A stretch of 64,000 nucleotides of DNA from an uncultured Lentisphaeria bacterium (lineage in GTDB: Bacteria > Verrucomicrobiota > Lentisphaeria > JABSQK01 > JAJFLO01). The notes below the pieces were generated by a model. It saw only the letters and a program-made list of their open reading frames with translations, had not been told where the DNA came from and did not search any database. Below, in pieces: positions 62,679 to 64,000 of the stretch. Made by a program: the position numbers and the translations under genes. The number at the start of each line of letters is the position of its first letter. The stretch's first letter is position 1. The stretch covers positions 960,108 through 1,024,107 of the forward strand of contig OX638337.1 in NCBI GenBank assembly GCA_951812855.1. The letters run 5' to 3'.

Positions 62679-64000
62679 ATGAGTGACGGATTAGTAATAG
62701 TGGAATCACCGGCAAAGGCCAGGACGATTAATCGAATTTTGGACAGCTCTTTTTCTGTTCAATCTTCAATGGGACATATTCGTGATCTTCCAGAGAAGAG
62801 TTTTGGAGTTGATTTGGAGAATGAATTCACTCCTGCTTACCGGGTTAACACCAGTAGAAAGAACGTAATCAGTTCTTTGAATAAGGCTGTTAAGAAGGCA
62901 AAAAATGTGTATCTGGCTACTGACCCGGATCGGGAAGGTGAAGCTATTGCATGGCATTTATTTGAATTACTCAAAAAGAAAAGTAGATCTGCAGAATTTC
63001 ACAGGGTAACATTTCATGAAATAACTAAACAGGCAGTTTTGAGTGCATTTAAGCATCCAGAAAAATTGGATATGGATCGGGTAAATGCCCAGCAGGCAAG
63101 ACGAATTCTTGATCGTATTGTGGGATATCAGGTAAGTCCTCTGCTTTGGAAGCGAATTGACAGGAGTGCAAGAAGTGCTGGTCGTGTCCAGTCTGTAGCG
63201 TTACGTTTAATTTGTGAACGTGAAGTAAAAATTCGGGGTTTTGTGCCTGTTGAGTATTGGGTTTTTACGGCTTTATTTTACAAATCAGAACATAAGAACG
63301 ATACTTTTTCTGCAAAACTGCAGGCTGTCGATGGCTCTAAAGTCGAAATAAACAACGAAAAAGATGCTTTGTTTATTTATAATGATGCATTAAAAGGAGA
63401 GTATCAGGTTGCCGGAGCAGCTCAAAAACCAAAAACAAAACGGCCCGGCCCTCCCTTTATCACGAGTACCCTTCAACAGGCAGCAGGGTCGAATTTACGA
63501 TTCGGTGCAAATCGTACCATGGTTATTGCTCAGCAGTTATATGAAGGTATTGATATCGGTAATGGTCCTGTTGGACTCATAACGTATATGAGGACTGATT
63601 CAGTCAACATTGCTGAAGAGGCAAAGAAAAATGCCGGAGAGTTTATAATAAACGCATTCGGGAAAAAATTTGTTCCGGCAAAACCGAACGTTTACAAGTC
63701 AAAACAATCAGCACAGGAAGCACATGAGGCGATTCGACCAACAGACGTCTCTTTAACTCCCGATCTGGCAGCTAAATTTTTAGATCACCACCAGCTCAGG
63801 CTCTATCGGTTAATTTGGAATCGATTTATTGCAAGTCAAATGTCGCCTGCAAAGCTGATTCAGCATACAATAGATATCGAAAATAAACCGGGTTCATGTT
63901 CGAAAAAATATTTATTTAGAGCTGCCGCAATCATTACAACATTCCCCGGTTTTATGTGCGTTTACAATCTTGAAGATATTAGAGTTGAAAAAGAAGAATC
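62679..64000 (+). CDS. topA: DNA topoisomerase I, N-terminal part (gene continues beyond window end)
   Basis: ATG at 62679; frame open to window end; TOPRIM N-terminus MSDGLVIVESPAKARTINRIL…ATDPDREGEAIAWHL… and …IVGYQVSPLLW…; not in ORF track because no stop within window. Confidence 0.9.
   Translation, partial: MSDGLVIVESPAKARTINRILDSSFSVQSSMGHIRDLPEKSFGVDLENEFTPAYRVNTSRKNVISSLNKAVKKAKNVYLATDPDREGEAIAWHLFELLKKKSRSAEFHRVTFHEITKQAVLSAFKHPEKLDMDRVNAQQARRILDRIVGYQVSPLLWKRIDRSARSAGRVQSVALRLICEREVKIRGFVPVEYWVFTALFYKSEHKNDTFSAKLQAVDGSKVEINNEKDALFIYNDALKGEYQVAGAAQKPKTKRPGPPFITSTLQQAAGSNLRFGANRTMVIAQQLYEGIDIGNGPVGLITYMRTDSVNIAEEAKKNAGEFIINAFGKKFVPAKPNVYKSKQSAQEAHEAIRPTDVSLTPDLAAKFLDHHQLRLYRLIWNRFIASQMSPAKLIQHTIDIENKPGSCSKKYLFRAAAIITTFPGFMCVYNLEDIRVEKEE

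Overview
This 64 kb window looks like chromosomal DNA from a low-GC Gram-negative bacterium. It is mostly housekeeping genes, interrupted by at least seven decayed gene remnants, and I did not find a clear multi-gene novel system; the strongest single candidate is a eukaryote-type Cdc123/D123-like ATP-grasp gene. All calls are by eye from the six-frame translations and the DNA; no database search, alignment or structure prediction was run.

Intact genes, in order: yajC (3' end), secDF, a menaquinone block (ubiE/menG, menF, menD), recB and recD, fxsA, a Wza/Wzc polysaccharide-export pair, pgm (minus strand), ilvC, aspS, an NhaP-type antiporter with a C-terminal PTS-EIIA domain, menA, a cyclophilin-FKBP dual isomerase, a yqjD/elaB-like pair, a SAM methyltransferase overlapping bshC-bshB-bshA (bacillithiol), a wHTH/YbjN-like/pspA cluster, speH, a TerB-AAA ATPase, a long minus-strand cluster (FAD oxidoreductase, kdsB, kdsA, kdsC, lptC-like, lptA, lptB, hpf, rdgB, hemL), an rlmB-like methyltransferase, the Cdc123-like gene, a minus-strand operon (LMW-PTP, RpiB-GlyA fusion, ndk, lpxK), aroB, dprA and the 5' part of topA.

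Gene remnants: a glgB-like branching enzyme with four in-frame stops, a frameshift and an internal deletion; a DNA methyltransferase with an in-frame TGA; a glycosyltransferase 5' fragment inside a GC-rich island; an IS256-family transposase 3' remnant; a FabH-like C-terminal fragment; a response-regulator receiver fragment; and a TerB-like fragment. TGA, TAA and TAG all terminate intact genes here, so the in-frame stops are real nonsense mutations. Together they suggest ongoing reductive genome evolution.

Other points worth a second look: the RpiB-GlyA fusion, the methyltransferase coupled to bshCBA (a candidate bacillithiol N-methyltransferase), hpf following lptB with no rpoN between them, and a 22-bp perfect palindrome upstream of aroB. 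No CRISPR array, rRNA or tRNA was recognised.
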